Shown: positions 9,605-19,227, counted from the stretch's first letter. The stretch: 60,703 bases of DNA from an uncultured bacterium (GCA_964544765.1 CAZJDM010000004.1:1-60703); one strand, 5' to 3'. Notes: a model not told the origin generated them from the sequence alone. Numbers and translations are program-made.

Positions 9605-10216
9605 TTAGTCCGTTTTTAAAATATTAGGGAGCGTAATTTTTTGGTTGGCAATACCGATTCCAACAGCAATCATGGGTAAAGTGTTTTTACTTAATAGTCT
9701 TTTGTTCCAAATATTGGAGTCATCGTTTTGAAAATAGGTAACCCCGATTAAAAAATATCCCTGTAATTGACTTTTATAGATTCTATCTATTCCAATTGCC
9801 AGAATATATTTTCTGTTTCTCAAAAAATTTGGATGGAGCTCTTTTTCAAATTTATTGAAAAAATTATATTGAGAACGAAAAATACCTATACGAAAAAAAT
9901 ATGATGATCTATTAAGAATGTCAGAGGAAAAATGATGGAAAAGCAATAAGTCTGTATATCCGCCATAACTTGAGCCTTCCATTCCCAATCCATATTGTAG
10001 TCCTAATCTTATTCTGTTATAAAAATCAATCGCTACTTCTGCTCCCATCAAATCAGATGTATTATTCAAACCACTTGAAATGAAGACGCTAGAAAAAATC
10101 GGTCTGTATATGTTTAGATAGTTAGTCAAGGTAGAATTATTTTTCTGAGCATAGCAGTAGTAATTGAACATGCATAACATATATAAGAATAAAATAAGGC
10201 GGAACCATTTAATCAT
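9605..10216 (-). CDS. Hypothetical exported protein, possibly a small beta-barrel
   Basis: Signal-like N-terminus and alternating aromatic/Gly strands. Confidence 0.55.
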   Translation of the reverse strand: MIKWFRLILFLYMLCMFNYYCYAQKNNSTLTNYLNIYRPIFSSVFISSGLNNTSDLMGAEVAIDFYNRIRLGLQYGLGMEGSSYGGYTDLLLFHHFSSDILNRSSYFFRIGIFRSQYNFFNKFEKELHPNFLRNRKYILAIGIDRIYKSQLQGYFLIGVTYFQNDDSNIWNKRLLSKNTLPMIAVGIGIANQKITLPNILKTD

Positions 10217-10238
10217 ATTGTATTATATAAAAAATAAT

Positions 10239-10267
10239 TTGATAAAATATAAAAATATTGATAGAAT
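10239..10267 (+). promoter_or_regulatory. sigma70-type promoter facing into the intergenic region
   Basis: TTGATA-N17-TAGAAT with an extended -10 TG. Confidence 0.4.
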
Positions 10268-10373
10268 ATAAACATAACATCATTGTCTAGATACGTTTTT
10301 TTATGAAATAGGGGGGATCGTAAGAAAAAGTATTGGGCAAAAGGAATAAATTAGAGGTAATTCCTGATGTTGG

Positions 10374-10410
10374 AGCGGTTGTTAGGTTACTAGCAACCGT
10401 TTATTATTTT
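10374..10410 (+). terminator. Intrinsic terminator-like hairpin
   Basis: AGCGGTTGTTAG-gtta-CTAGCAACCGTT followed by a T-rich tract. The two G.U pairs and the U tract favour the plus strand. Confidence 0.6.
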
Positions 10411-11269
10411 ACAACATAATACCCAATCCTAACCAAACAACCACATGGTTAACTAACATATAACCCCCTAACCACGTATCCTTTTCTGGAATTGTACCAC
10501 CACTACTAGTATCAACAAATAATATATAATCCTTTATGTCAAATCTTAAGTTAAAGTAGTTCCAGAAAAAATATCTTTGTCCGAATCCTAAATTGATTGA
10601 TGGTGCCATTTGAGTAGAAACTGGTATGACTTTACTATAAAAATGATCTCTACCAGCTTTTCCAGATCTACTATCGTCGTTATAACCAAATCGACTTTGA
10701 TCTATAGAACCATCGTCCTTTGTATCTGGAGGGTGGGCAGGATCCTGTGAACTCCAATTAAAACTAGGATAGTACTTAATAGCATGAACACCACCTCCCA
10801 AAGTAAAGAAAATATCGAAATTGGTCATAAGAGTATGTAATATAAGTTGTTTGGCATAAAAAGGGGTATAGGTTACATTAAGTGATACGGAATATTGACT
10901 TTCTAAAAGTTCTGGAAAAATAGGAGAATACCTATTACTTTTGGGGTGGACCCAACCTTCTAATTCTGTCCTCTCTGGTCGGTCATTAAGGAATGAGTAT
11001 CCTCCAACGATTTCTAGACCCCATTCATCATTAAAAAAGTATCCAAGACTTCCACCAATATTATTAGTTTGAACATATGCTTCATTGAGAATAGTACTGA
11101 GTCCCAATAAACCAAGTTCTATTTTCCTTTCTTTAGTATAACGTTTATGAAGAATAACTTTTCTACCTTTAGCAGGACGAATGTACGCGATGGCTTGGTT
11201 AAAAGAGGTTATAAATAATAAAAAAACAAGAGTTCTTACCATAAATTTTGTCATCATTTTAATTATCAC
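10409..11269 (-). CDS. Outer-membrane beta-barrel protein of the Myxococcota/Bdellovibrionota type (GltA/GltB/GltH-like family)
   Basis: Signal peptide, KVILHKRYTK..KIELG, GYFFNDEWGLE, YTPFYAK, FDIFFTLGGG, GFGQRYF and LRFDIKDY. Confidence 0.7.
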   Translation of the reverse strand: MIIKMMTKFMVRTLVFLLFITSFNQAIAYIRPAKGRKVILHKRYTKERKIELGLLGLSTILNEAYVQTNNIGGSLGYFFNDEWGLEIVGGYSFLNDRPERTELEGWVHPKSNRYSPIFPELLESQYSVSLNVTYTPFYAKQLILHTLMTNFDIFFTLGGGVHAIKYYPSFNWSSQDPAHPPDTKDDGSIDQSRFGYNDDSRSGKAGRDHFYSKVIPVSTQMAPSINLGFGQRYFFWNYFNLRFDIKDYILFVDTSSGGTIPEKDTWLGGYMLVNHVVVWLGLGIML

Positions 11270-11391
11270 CCATGTTTAAAATTAGTTATACAAATGACTA
11301 AGATTAGTTTACCAAATGCTTGTAACTTGTCAATAATTGCTGCTAGCTCTGATCATGTTATTTATACTAGTAGTGTTTCAATGATAGAGAT

Positions 11392-11488
11392 ACTAGTTGC
11401 TAGCCGCTGGCTACTGGTATATAACGGTGGCAAAGTAATGGTTTTGTGTACCATAAATTATACCAGCGACTAGTAGCTAGTGACTAGT
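11392..11488. repeat. Long imperfect inverted repeat built from 7-nt-period RCTRG units
   Basis: 11392-11421 pairs with 11459-11488 at 27 of 30 positions, counting G.U. Confidence 0.8.
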
Positions 11489-11564
11489 GACGTTGATTTT
11501 GATTAAGAAAATGAATAAAAAGTGAGATTTATCGGTTTTATTGATGCCTTACAAAGGTCAGATA

Positions 11565-12671
11565 TTAGTTTTGAGCATGGTCCTGTTTCATATCTACTGG
11601 AGTAGTAAAATATCGGGCTAGCCAGCTCCTTCTAGGAGCGGGAGCTCTTCCAGGTTTTTCGTGTTGACCATCGGTATTAGAAGAGGGGACCCCTCTAGCT
11701 CCAAGAGCAGCGGATCTGTTTGAGAACACTCCTCTATATGGGTCCGTTCCGCCAGGTCCAGCACCTCCTCCTTGGGAGAGAATAATGGATCTCACAGGTC
11801 GACCTAGGTCAGTTTTATCAACACTTAAAGGGTCAGGACCATCAGCTAAAATCTGATTGAAATTCCCTGTAATAAAGATACAAAATAAGAAAATTGCAGC
11901 TAGGGAAAATTGTTTGAGTCCAGTTAATGCATGGATAATATTCACTCTTTTACCTCCCTTGTAGCTTCTATTGTTTAATTGATTTTTTTCAATAAAAGTA
12001 TTAGTTTCTTTGATTTGTTTGGCTATTATTTTTAATAGTTCTTTATAAGAGTCCTCGGATAATTCAGTAATATTAAATTCAGCAATACCACAATTAGCTC
12101 CTTGCTTCCATTCAAAGCATTCATGATCTAAAGAGGTTTTCATCAACTCAAAGGCGTCTTCTGGATGATGAATAAATTTTCGATCATCATTGATGCTAAA
12201 ATAGTCATTTTCTTTTTTAATGGTGCCATTATCTGCGAGTATTTCAACTTTTTGTACTACTGTTCTTCCATAGAGGTCAACTAAACGGTTCTTATGGATT
12301 TTTTTTAATCGCTGAATATCCTCAAAACAGTTAATAAGATCGATATTTCTGGATAATAATCGAGAAGACTCTCTGGTTAGTTTGATATGCTTTTCTTCAT
12401 CTTGTTTTTCTTTATAGTAGCTTGCAATTGTGGGCATATTATTTTCAAGCCGGATTTGCATTAAATAATTGTCTATTATCTCGTTGGATTTTTTTAAAAC
12501 TCGTAGGATCTTAATAGCCAAATCTTCAGTTAAAGCTCGTTTTCCTTGTAGAACCATGGTTAAATAAGCACTGCTTATACCAGCTTTTTCCGCAATATAT
12601 TTGCGACTTAAGTTGGGCTTGGACTTTAAAAAGCCTCCAATTTCCTGACATATTTGTTTATAAGCCTTCAT
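11565..12671 (-). CDS. HTH transcriptional regulator (TIGR02147/DUF4423-like) with a C-terminal signal-like segment and Gly/Pro tail
   Basis: LSRKYIAEKAGISSAYLTMVLQGKR helix-turn-helix, ELSEDSYKEL segment, then KQFSLAAIFLFCIFITG and GGGAGPGG. Confidence 0.7.
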   Translation of the reverse strand: MKAYKQICQEIGGFLKSKPNLSRKYIAEKAGISSAYLTMVLQGKRALTEDLAIKILRVLKKSNEIIDNYLMQIRLENNMPTIASYYKEKQDEEKHIKLTRESSRLLSRNIDLINCFEDIQRLKKIHKNRLVDLYGRTVVQKVEILADNGTIKKENDYFSINDDRKFIHHPEDAFELMKTSLDHECFEWKQGANCGIAEFNITELSEDSYKELLKIIAKQIKETNTFIEKNQLNNRSYKGGKRVNIIHALTGLKQFSLAAIFLFCIFITGNFNQILADGPDPLSVDKTDLGRPVRSIILSQGGGAGPGGTDPYRGVFSNRSAALGARGVPSSNTDGQHEKPGRAPAPRRSWLARYFTTPVDMKQDHAQN

Positions 12672-12756
12672 TATACTCCAAAATATTTCTATATTTTTTT
12701 AGCCATATAACAAACAAATGTGATTTATGTCAAGTATTTCTGAGAAATACAAAGTT

Positions 12757-13617
12757 TTATGTAAATAAATTACCTAAAACGAAGAGTATGTTTTCTTTTC
12801 TTTCAAGCAGTCTTCTGGTGAAATATGGTAGCCAATCAGTTCCAAAAGGTACATATACTCTAAAAAAGTAGCCCTCCTGAACTAACTTGGCCCATGCTCT
12901 CCTTTTCATACCATATAACATTTGAAGTTCAAATGATTTTTTTGATTTATTTAAAATTTTTGCTTTATCTAAAACTCTATCAATTAGTTTTCTATCGTGA
13001 GTAGCAATTGCATGATAAGTAGAATCATTAAATAGTAATTCGCAGCATTTAATAAAATTATCTCGAATGTCTATCATTGACTTATAGGCTATTTCTTCAG
13101 GTTCTTTGTATGCACCCTTACATAACCTTATACTTCCTTGATGTTTTAAAACCTCTTTAATATCTTCCATTGTTCGTTTTAAGTAAGCTTGTAAAACAAT
13201 TCCGACATTATTAAAATCGGGTCTTACTTTATAAAACATATTTAATGTTTTTGAAGTATAATCCGATCCCTCCATATCGATTCTGACAAAGGTATTGTTG
13301 CATTCTTTGGCAACAGTTAAAATTTTTTGTAAATTACTATATGCTAAGTCACTTGAGATATCTAAACCCAACATAGTTAATTTTAGGGAAACATTTCCAA
13401 TAACATTTTGCGGTTTCAGCTGTTGGTGGAGGAGGGTGATTAAATTACAATAATCATTGGTTAGTTTTATAGCTCCATCTTTATCGGTGACATTCTCCCC
13501 TAATATATCTAGGGTAGTTAGGATTTGATTACCATTCAAAGTTTTAACCACTTGCAGAGCTTCTTCAGGTGTTTCTCCCGCTACAAATCGACTGGCCATT
13601 TTAGTTAAAAGTCTCAT
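12757..13617 (-). CDS. Monofunctional proline dehydrogenase
   Basis: RFVAGET, DILGE, SLKLTMLG, RIDME, LQAYL, RLCKGAY, ATHD, QMLYG, YVPFG and RRLLER. Confidence 0.92.
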   Translation of the reverse strand: MRLLTKMASRFVAGETPEEALQVVKTLNGNQILTTLDILGENVTDKDGAIKLTNDYCNLITLLHQQLKPQNVIGNVSLKLTMLGLDISSDLAYSNLQKILTVAKECNNTFVRIDMEGSDYTSKTLNMFYKVRPDFNNVGIVLQAYLKRTMEDIKEVLKHQGSIRLCKGAYKEPEEIAYKSMIDIRDNFIKCCELLFNDSTYHAIATHDRKLIDRVLDKAKILNKSKKSFELQMLYGMKRRAWAKLVQEGYFFRVYVPFGTDWLPYFTRRLLERKENILFVLGNLFT

Positions 13618-13958
13618 ACCAAAAATGCTCCTTGTTGAACAATATCTAGGACACGATCATAGTTATCGGGCATAAAGGGATCGTCAAGTGAGGCACGGTT
13701 CTTGCTTATGATGCCACATTTTGTGCATTCATGAATTATCATTATTCCTTTTTTGCTATGGTGATAAGCTGAAGTAGGAAGCATTATACCTTTGCAGGAA
13801 GAAGTCCTGTCTCCAATGTAATTATCTACGTGTTTGGAAGATAAACAAAATGGACAATGATTACGAATAGAACCATTTTGTAGTGGAGAAATTGTAGATC
13901 GACACTTTTCACATGTGAATCCTTGATTAGTGCCAATTTTTAAAAACTTTTTCATCAT
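13614..13958 (-). CDS. RNHCP domain Zn-binding protein
   Basis: F.C..C, RNHCPFCLSSKHVD, GDR...C.G.M and H.C..CG. ATGA overlap with the proline dehydrogenase gene. Confidence 0.9.
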   Translation of the reverse strand: MMKKFLKIGTNQGFTCEKCRSTISPLQNGSIRNHCPFCLSSKHVDNYIGDRTSSCKGIMLPTSAYHHSKKGIMIIHECTKCGIISKNRASLDDPFMPDNYDRVLDIVQQGAFLV

Positions 13959-13970
13959 GCCATCTCCAGG

Positions 13971-14001
13971 AAGCCCCGTTCTTTAGGACTGGGTAATTGA
14001 C
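13971..14001 (-). mobile_element. Solo IS200/IS605-superfamily-like terminal hairpin remnant
   Basis: The minus strand reads GTCAATTACCCAGTCCTAAAGAACGGGGCTT, resembling the GTCAAYNACCC...TAAAG...GGGGCTT end motif of IscB/TnpB elements. Confidence 0.55.
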
Positions 14002-14041
14002 TTAAAAGTCTACTCTATTTGGCCTCTGTTTCAAACATTCT

Positions 14042-15322
14042 CTAAACAAGTGGGATTACATGCTCTCTAGCTGGTCCAACGGATATCATAATTACTTTTA
14101 CGTCTAGGTATGATTCTATTAGGTTGACAAACCCTCTTGCTTGAAAAGGAAGGTCGGCAAAATCCCTTACTTCCGATATGTCACGTTGCCATCCATTTAG
14201 TTCTTCGTAAATAGGTTTTGCTCGAGAGAGAGATTCATAATTAGTTGGAAACTCAGTTATTTCTTGACCGTCGAGCATGTATTTACGACAATATTTAATC
14301 TTTTTAAACGAGGATAAAACATCTAATTTAGTTAATACGATCTCTTCAATTCCATTTAATTCAACGGCATATCGGAGAGCCAGTAAATCGATCCAACCGC
14401 AGCGCCTCGGCCTGCCCGTTGTAGCACCAAATTCATTTCCAATTTGAGCCAGGTTTTTACCATCATCATCAAATAATTCGGTAGGTAAATATCCTGACCC
14501 TACTCTGGTTACATATGCTTTTGTTACTCCAATAACCTTATCTATAAATTTAGGGGAGATACCAGCTCCAGTGCATGCTCCTCCAGCTGTAGTGTTGGAA
14601 GATGTAACATAAGGATAGGTTCCATGATCAATATCTAACATTGTACCTTGTGCTCCTTCAAACAAGATTCTTTTTCCTGCTTTTTTGCTTTTGTGAAGCA
14701 CATAAGAGATATCAGCTATCATTGGAGATAGTTTTTCCGTATATTTATGAAGGCTTTTTCTACAGGACTCAATATCATCGATATTAATTTGATCGGCATA
14801 TGTATATTCTTCTTTTATATACTGGTAGATGTTATTTAGTTTCTCATCTAATGTTGCTATATTTAAAAGATCACCCACTCTGAGTCCAATCCGAGCGAAT
14901 TTTTGTTCATAGGATGGTCCTATACCTCTAAGTGTGGTTCCAATTTTATTGTCTTTTTTTCGTTGTTCTCGATGTTTATCCATCAATTTTTGGAATGGCA
15001 AAATAATATGTGCCTTATTACTAACTAATATGTTTTCAGGAGATATTTTAATACCTAGATCGTCTAATCGTTTAAATTCATCAAAAAGAGCATCAAGATC
15101 AATTACCATGCCGTTTCCTAATATGCAAAGCTTGTTATGATGCAATAGTCCACTAGGAACCAGGTGAAAAACTAAGGTTTTCCCTTGGTATACCAGAGTA
15201 TGTCCCGCGTTATTTCCTCCTTGGTATCTTACTATTATGTCAGATTTCTCAGCTAATACATCAATGACCTTTCCTTTTCCCTCATCCCCAAATTGAGCAC
15301 CTAATAAAATTTTACAGGACAT
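14042..15322 (-). CDS. purA: Adenylosuccinate synthetase
   Basis: GAQFGDEGKGK, GGNNAGHT, IGTTLRGIGP, EGAQG and GATTGRPRRCGW. ATG at 15322 follows GGAG. Confidence 0.97.
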   Translation of the reverse strand: MSCKILLGAQFGDEGKGKVIDVLAEKSDIIVRYQGGNNAGHTLVYQGKTLVFHLVPSGLLHHNKLCILGNGMVIDLDALFDEFKRLDDLGIKISPENILVSNKAHIILPFQKLMDKHREQRKKDNKIGTTLRGIGPSYEQKFARIGLRVGDLLNIATLDEKLNNIYQYIKEEYTYADQINIDDIESCRKSLHKYTEKLSPMIADISYVLHKSKKAGKRILFEGAQGTMLDIDHGTYPYVTSSNTTAGGACTGAGISPKFIDKVIGVTKAYVTRVGSGYLPTELFDDDGKNLAQIGNEFGATTGRPRRCGWIDLLALRYAVELNGIEEIVLTKLDVLSSFKKIKYCRKYMLDGQEITEFPTNYESLSRAKPIYEELNGWQRDISEVRDFADLPFQARGFVNLIESYLDVKVIMISVGPAREHVIPLV

Positions 15323-15421
15323 TTTGTTCTCCATTATGACCAAAATTAATACTACCGCCATTCAATATAATACATACGAGAGCGAAGTCAATCGATGATT
15401 TTATTAATAAAATTATTACTC

Positions 15422-15450
15422 TTGACGGAACTCCAAATATCTTTTATAAA
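15422..15450 (+). promoter_or_regulatory. sigma70-type promoter of the heptose/gmk operon
   Basis: TTGACG-N17-TATAAA ending 7 nt before the ATG at 15458. Confidence 0.45.
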
Positions 15451-15457
15451 GCCACAG

Positions 15458-15943
15458 ATGGAAGCTTTTGAAAAAATAATAAAATATCATGATGTTAAAG
15501 CCCTAAAGGACCGATTGGCTAATAAAGGTTTATCTGTTGTCTTTACTAATGGTTGCTTTGATATATTGCATTATGGGCATATAACTTATTTACAACAGGC
15601 AAAAAAACTGGCAGATATTTTAATTGTGGGTGTTAATACTGATAGTTCAATAAAAGCTATTAAGGGAAGAGATAGACCTATAAACAGGGAAAAAGAGCGA
15701 TGTCTACTCTTATCTTCGCTTGAATGTGTTGATTATGTTGTGCTTTTTTCTGAAGACACTCCGTATGACCTAATCAATATGATACAACCCCATGTGCTGG
15801 TTAAGGGAGGAGATTGGGTTCCGAATGAAATTGTGGGTAATGATATAGTTAATGCGTCAGGTGGAAAGGTTATGTCGTTACCTTATGTTGATGGCTATTC
15901 GACGACTGATTTAATCGATAGAATAGTAAAGACTTATGCTTAA
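15458..15943 (+). CDS. rfaE2: D-glycero-beta-D-manno-heptose 1-phosphate adenylyltransferase (HldC, RfaE domain II)
   Basis: FTNGCFDILHYGH, VGVNTD.S, KG.DRP, LVKGGDW and GYSTT. Confidence 0.92.
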   Translation: MEAFEKIIKYHDVKALKDRLANKGLSVVFTNGCFDILHYGHITYLQQAKKLADILIVGVNTDSSIKAIKGRDRPINREKERCLLLSSLECVDYVVLFSEDTPYDLINMIQPHVLVKGGDWVPNEIVGNDIVNASGGKVMSLPYVDGYSTTDLIDRIVKTYA

Positions 15944-15981
15944 TAATTTATTGAAAATTAATAGAATTATAGAAAAGATTT

Positions 15982-16980
15982 ATGCTTAAAAATAAAATTG
16001 ATCAATATGAGAGTTTGATTAATGAATTTGAAGCCACAAATGTTCTAGTTGTAGGTGATTTAATATTAGATCAATATATTTATGGTGATATTAATCGAAT
16101 TTCTCCAGAAGCACCTGTTCCTGTTGTTAATATATCTTCGAAAATATTTAATTTAGGCGGTGCAGCTAATGTAGCCTCAAATATACGTTCATTGCAAGGT
16201 GGTGTCTATCTAGCAGGAGTGATCGGAGATGATTTTTATACCGGCACCTTTAAATCAATCTTAGCTAGTAATAAAATTGATTCGTCTATGATCATTACAG
16301 ATCAAAGCAGAAAAACAGCAATTAAGACCAGAGTTATTGCTCGTAATCAACATGTTGCTCGTATTGATGAAGAGGATACTTTTAGTCTCGATCAAGAATT
16401 GTCAAAACAATTAGAGGAAACAGTTTTGCAGAAAATTAATGATGGATCTACTGGAGCCATTATTTTTTCTGATTATAACAAAGGAACCTTAACAGATTCG
16501 TTACTTGCCAGTATTATCAAACGTGCCAAAAGTAAAAATATACCAATGTTCGCTGATATTAAGCATCAAAGATTACCCGTATATAGAAATATTGATGTGA
16601 TAAAGCCTAATTTAAAAGAAGCGTCTGAAATGTCCAGTGTTAATATTCAAAATGATTCTGATGTAGAGAAAGCGGGAAAAATTATTCAAGAAAAAATTGG
16701 ATGTAAGACTGTAGTAATAACAAGAGGTGATCAAGGTATTAGCATTATACCGGATAGTGATAAAATGATTACTATTCCTGCTATACCGCAAAACGTATTT
16801 GATGTAACTGGTGCCGGTGATACTGTTATTAGTACTTTTACTCTAGCTATTGCTAATAAAGCTTCTCTCTATGAAGCTGGCACTCTAGCAAACATAGCTG
16901 CCTACATAGCAGTTGGTAAATTGGGAACTTCTGCTGTTTCATTACAAGGTATTTTGAGCTACTTAAAAGATAGATGTTAG
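15982..16980 (+). CDS. rfaE1: D-glycero-beta-D-manno-heptose-7-phosphate kinase (HldA, RfaE domain I)
   Basis: VVGDLILD, RISPEAPVPV, GGAANVA, SDYNKG and DVTGAGDTV. Confidence 0.93.
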   Translation: MLKNKIDQYESLINEFEATNVLVVGDLILDQYIYGDINRISPEAPVPVVNISSKIFNLGGAANVASNIRSLQGGVYLAGVIGDDFYTGTFKSILASNKIDSSMIITDQSRKTAIKTRVIARNQHVARIDEEDTFSLDQELSKQLEETVLQKINDGSTGAIIFSDYNKGTLTDSLLASIIKRAKSKNIPMFADIKHQRLPVYRNIDVIKPNLKEASEMSSVNIQNDSDVEKAGKIIQEKIGCKTVVITRGDQGISIIPDSDKMITIPAIPQNVFDVTGAGDTVISTFTLAIANKASLYEAGTLANIAAYIAVGKLGTSAVSLQGILSYLKDRC

Positions 16981-16997
16981 TAGTAAGTTGATAAAAT

Positions 16998-17690
16998 ATG
17001 ATTGAAATAAACACTGAGCCAAAAATTATTGTTGTGTCGGCTATATCAGGGACAGGCAAGACTTGCGTTGAAGCTGAATTAGTTAACCAAGTATCTAATA
17101 TAGAACGATCAATTTCTTACACTACTCGGACCAAGAGAGATGGAGAAATAGAGGGAAGTGATTATTATTTTATATCTGAATCTTCATTTTTAGATAAACT
17201 CAAACAAGGGGAATTTATTGAGCATGCGGTAGTGCATGAATCCTATTATGGAACATCTCGATTGAAGGTTGAAGAGTCGATTAGACAGGGAAAATTTATT
17301 TTATTAATTATTGATACTCAAGGAAAAGCACAGATAGTGCAGCGTCTGTCTAATGTTACTACTATTTTTATTTTACCTCCTTCAATTCAGGAACTTTATA
17401 ATCGTCTTAAAAATAGACAGTCTGAAAGTTATGATAAATTGTTAATTCGTCTTAAAAATGGATATAATGAAATGATGGCTGCTAGTAGGTATGATTACGC
17501 GGTTGTGAATAATACTGTAGAACAATGTTCTCAAGATATTATAGACATTCTAAACAAAAAGGATAACGCGGGTAACTTTGAAATTGGTCATCAAATGTCT
17601 CTGGTTGAAACTCTGCAAAAAGAATACCCCACCATATTAAAAAATTTAGAAAGCAAGTATAAAAACTGCCACAAACAAAACCACATCTAA
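16998..17690 (+). CDS. gmk: Guanylate kinase
   Basis: SAISGTGKT P-loop, SISYTTR..R.GE..G.DY.F, YYGT and IFILPPS. Confidence 0.9.
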   Translation: MIEINTEPKIIVVSAISGTGKTCVEAELVNQVSNIERSISYTTRTKRDGEIEGSDYYFISESSFLDKLKQGEFIEHAVVHESYYGTSRLKVEESIRQGKFILLIIDTQGKAQIVQRLSNVTTIFILPPSIQELYNRLKNRQSESYDKLLIRLKNGYNEMMAASRYDYAVVNNTVEQCSQDIIDILNKKDNAGNFEIGHQMSLVETLQKEYPTILKNLESKYKNCHKQNHI

Positions 17691-17712
17691 AATCTGATAA
17701 TATCATATATTA

Positions 17713-19032
17713 TTACGCTGCCATTGTTATAGGCTGTCCGGTAGCGGATAATACATCTCTCCAGAAGGGACTTTCTGGATCGATTACATTACGATGAGAG
17801 ATAGCGAGTTCAATGGGAAGATGAACACATTGGTCGTGGATCAATCCAATTAGTAATTTTGTTTTCCCGGCCATAGCTGCATGTACTGCATTTGCTCCCA
17901 ATCTGGCGCAATAAATAGAATCATTTGGATTGGCAGGGGCGCTTCTAATCATATAACTAGGGTCGATGTATTTTAAATTGATTTCAATATTTTCTTTTTT
18001 AAAATAATTACTAATTTCCTTTTTTAAATAGGTTCCTATATCATCAAATTTTATATTACCTGATGGGTCCCTTTCCTTTGTCGCTTTAAGTAAGTTCTGG
18101 CCAGCTCCTTCAGCTACAACTACCACAGCATGATGTCTTTTTTTAACTCTCTTTCTTAAATGATAAAGAAAACCATTTTTACTGTAGAGGTCGAAAGAAA
18201 CTTCAGGAATTAGTACAAAATTAACATCATTTAAGGCAAGAGCTGTGTGAGCTGCAATAAAACCAGACTCTCTACCCATTAATTTAACTAATCCGATACC
18301 ATTAATAGCTCCTTGAGCTTCAATATGAGCTGAAGATATTGCATTAACAGCTAAAGAGACAGCTGTATCAAAGCCGAATGATTTGTGAATAAAACTTAAA
18401 TCGTTATCGATAGTCTTAGGAATACCGATTACAGCCAGTTTTGCACCTCTTTCTTTTGCTTCACGAGCTATTTTTAATGCTGCTTTTTGTGATCCGTCTC
18501 CTCCTATAACAAAAAGCATATTGATTTTGTGTTTATTGATAATTGTATCTATAATTTCCTTTCGTTCTCCGCTTCCTCTAGAAGCGCCTAGAATGGTACC
18601 CCCTGTTTGATGGATATTAGTCACTACATGAGGATGTAATATTATTGGAGGATAATTGTTTTCAGGAACCAGTCCACAGAAACCGTATCTAATTCCCGAG
18701 ATTTTTTTTACACCATATTGGTGCCACAGGCACATAACAATTGATCTAATTACATCGTTTAATCCTGGACACAATCCTCCACAGGTTATAATACCAGCAT
18801 GCACCTCTTCGGGTTTAAAAAATATTTTTTCCCTTGGACCGGCGAGTTCAAGTAGATTTTTTTTAGGATAAGATTTCGTGGGAGGATTCAAATCATAGAC
18901 AATGGTCTGGTCGTCGGTCACATAATTGGCTATTTTATCTCCATGAGTACTGGATAAAGAAATAGGTGAATTAATAAAAGGAGTTCCCAGAGTGGAGATC
19001 TGGAAGTTAAATTTATGATTATGATTAGCCAT
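17713..19032 (-). CDS. pfkA: ATP-dependent 6-phosphofructokinase (group X type)
   Basis: TCGGLCPGLN, GGTILG.SRG, GGDGS (Gly implies ATP), PKTIDND, LMGRESG and YIDPSY.IRS. Confidence 0.9.
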   Translation of the reverse strand: MANHNHKFNFQISTLGTPFINSPISLSSTHGDKIANYVTDDQTIVYDLNPPTKSYPKKNLLELAGPREKIFFKPEEVHAGIITCGGLCPGLNDVIRSIVMCLWHQYGVKKISGIRYGFCGLVPENNYPPIILHPHVVTNIHQTGGTILGASRGSGERKEIIDTIINKHKINMLFVIGGDGSQKAALKIAREAKERGAKLAVIGIPKTIDNDLSFIHKSFGFDTAVSLAVNAISSAHIEAQGAINGIGLVKLMGRESGFIAAHTALALNDVNFVLIPEVSFDLYSKNGFLYHLRKRVKKRHHAVVVVAEGAGQNLLKATKERDPSGNIKFDDIGTYLKKEISNYFKKENIEINLKYIDPSYMIRSAPANPNDSIYCARLGANAVHAAMAGKTKLLIGLIHDQCVHLPIELAISHRNVIDPESPFWRDVLSATGQPITMAA

Positions 19033-19227
19033 AAAGAATTATCCCCTATCTTTGGATGTTATTCAGCATTATTAGATTGTCAAAAGACAATTAGTCAGAT
19101 ATTATAGTATAATTTTAATATATATAAATATATCAATCAAATTATATCGAAGAAAAAAGCTATTTCTAGTTAGATTGCACTGAAAAAGCAAATTTCTGCG
19201 TTGGTAATGAGTAAATGGGTGGGAGTT

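Noticed and set aside
11529-11555. ACCGATAA on the minus strand as a sigma28 promoter
   Set aside because: No TAAA-like -35 element at the right spacing.
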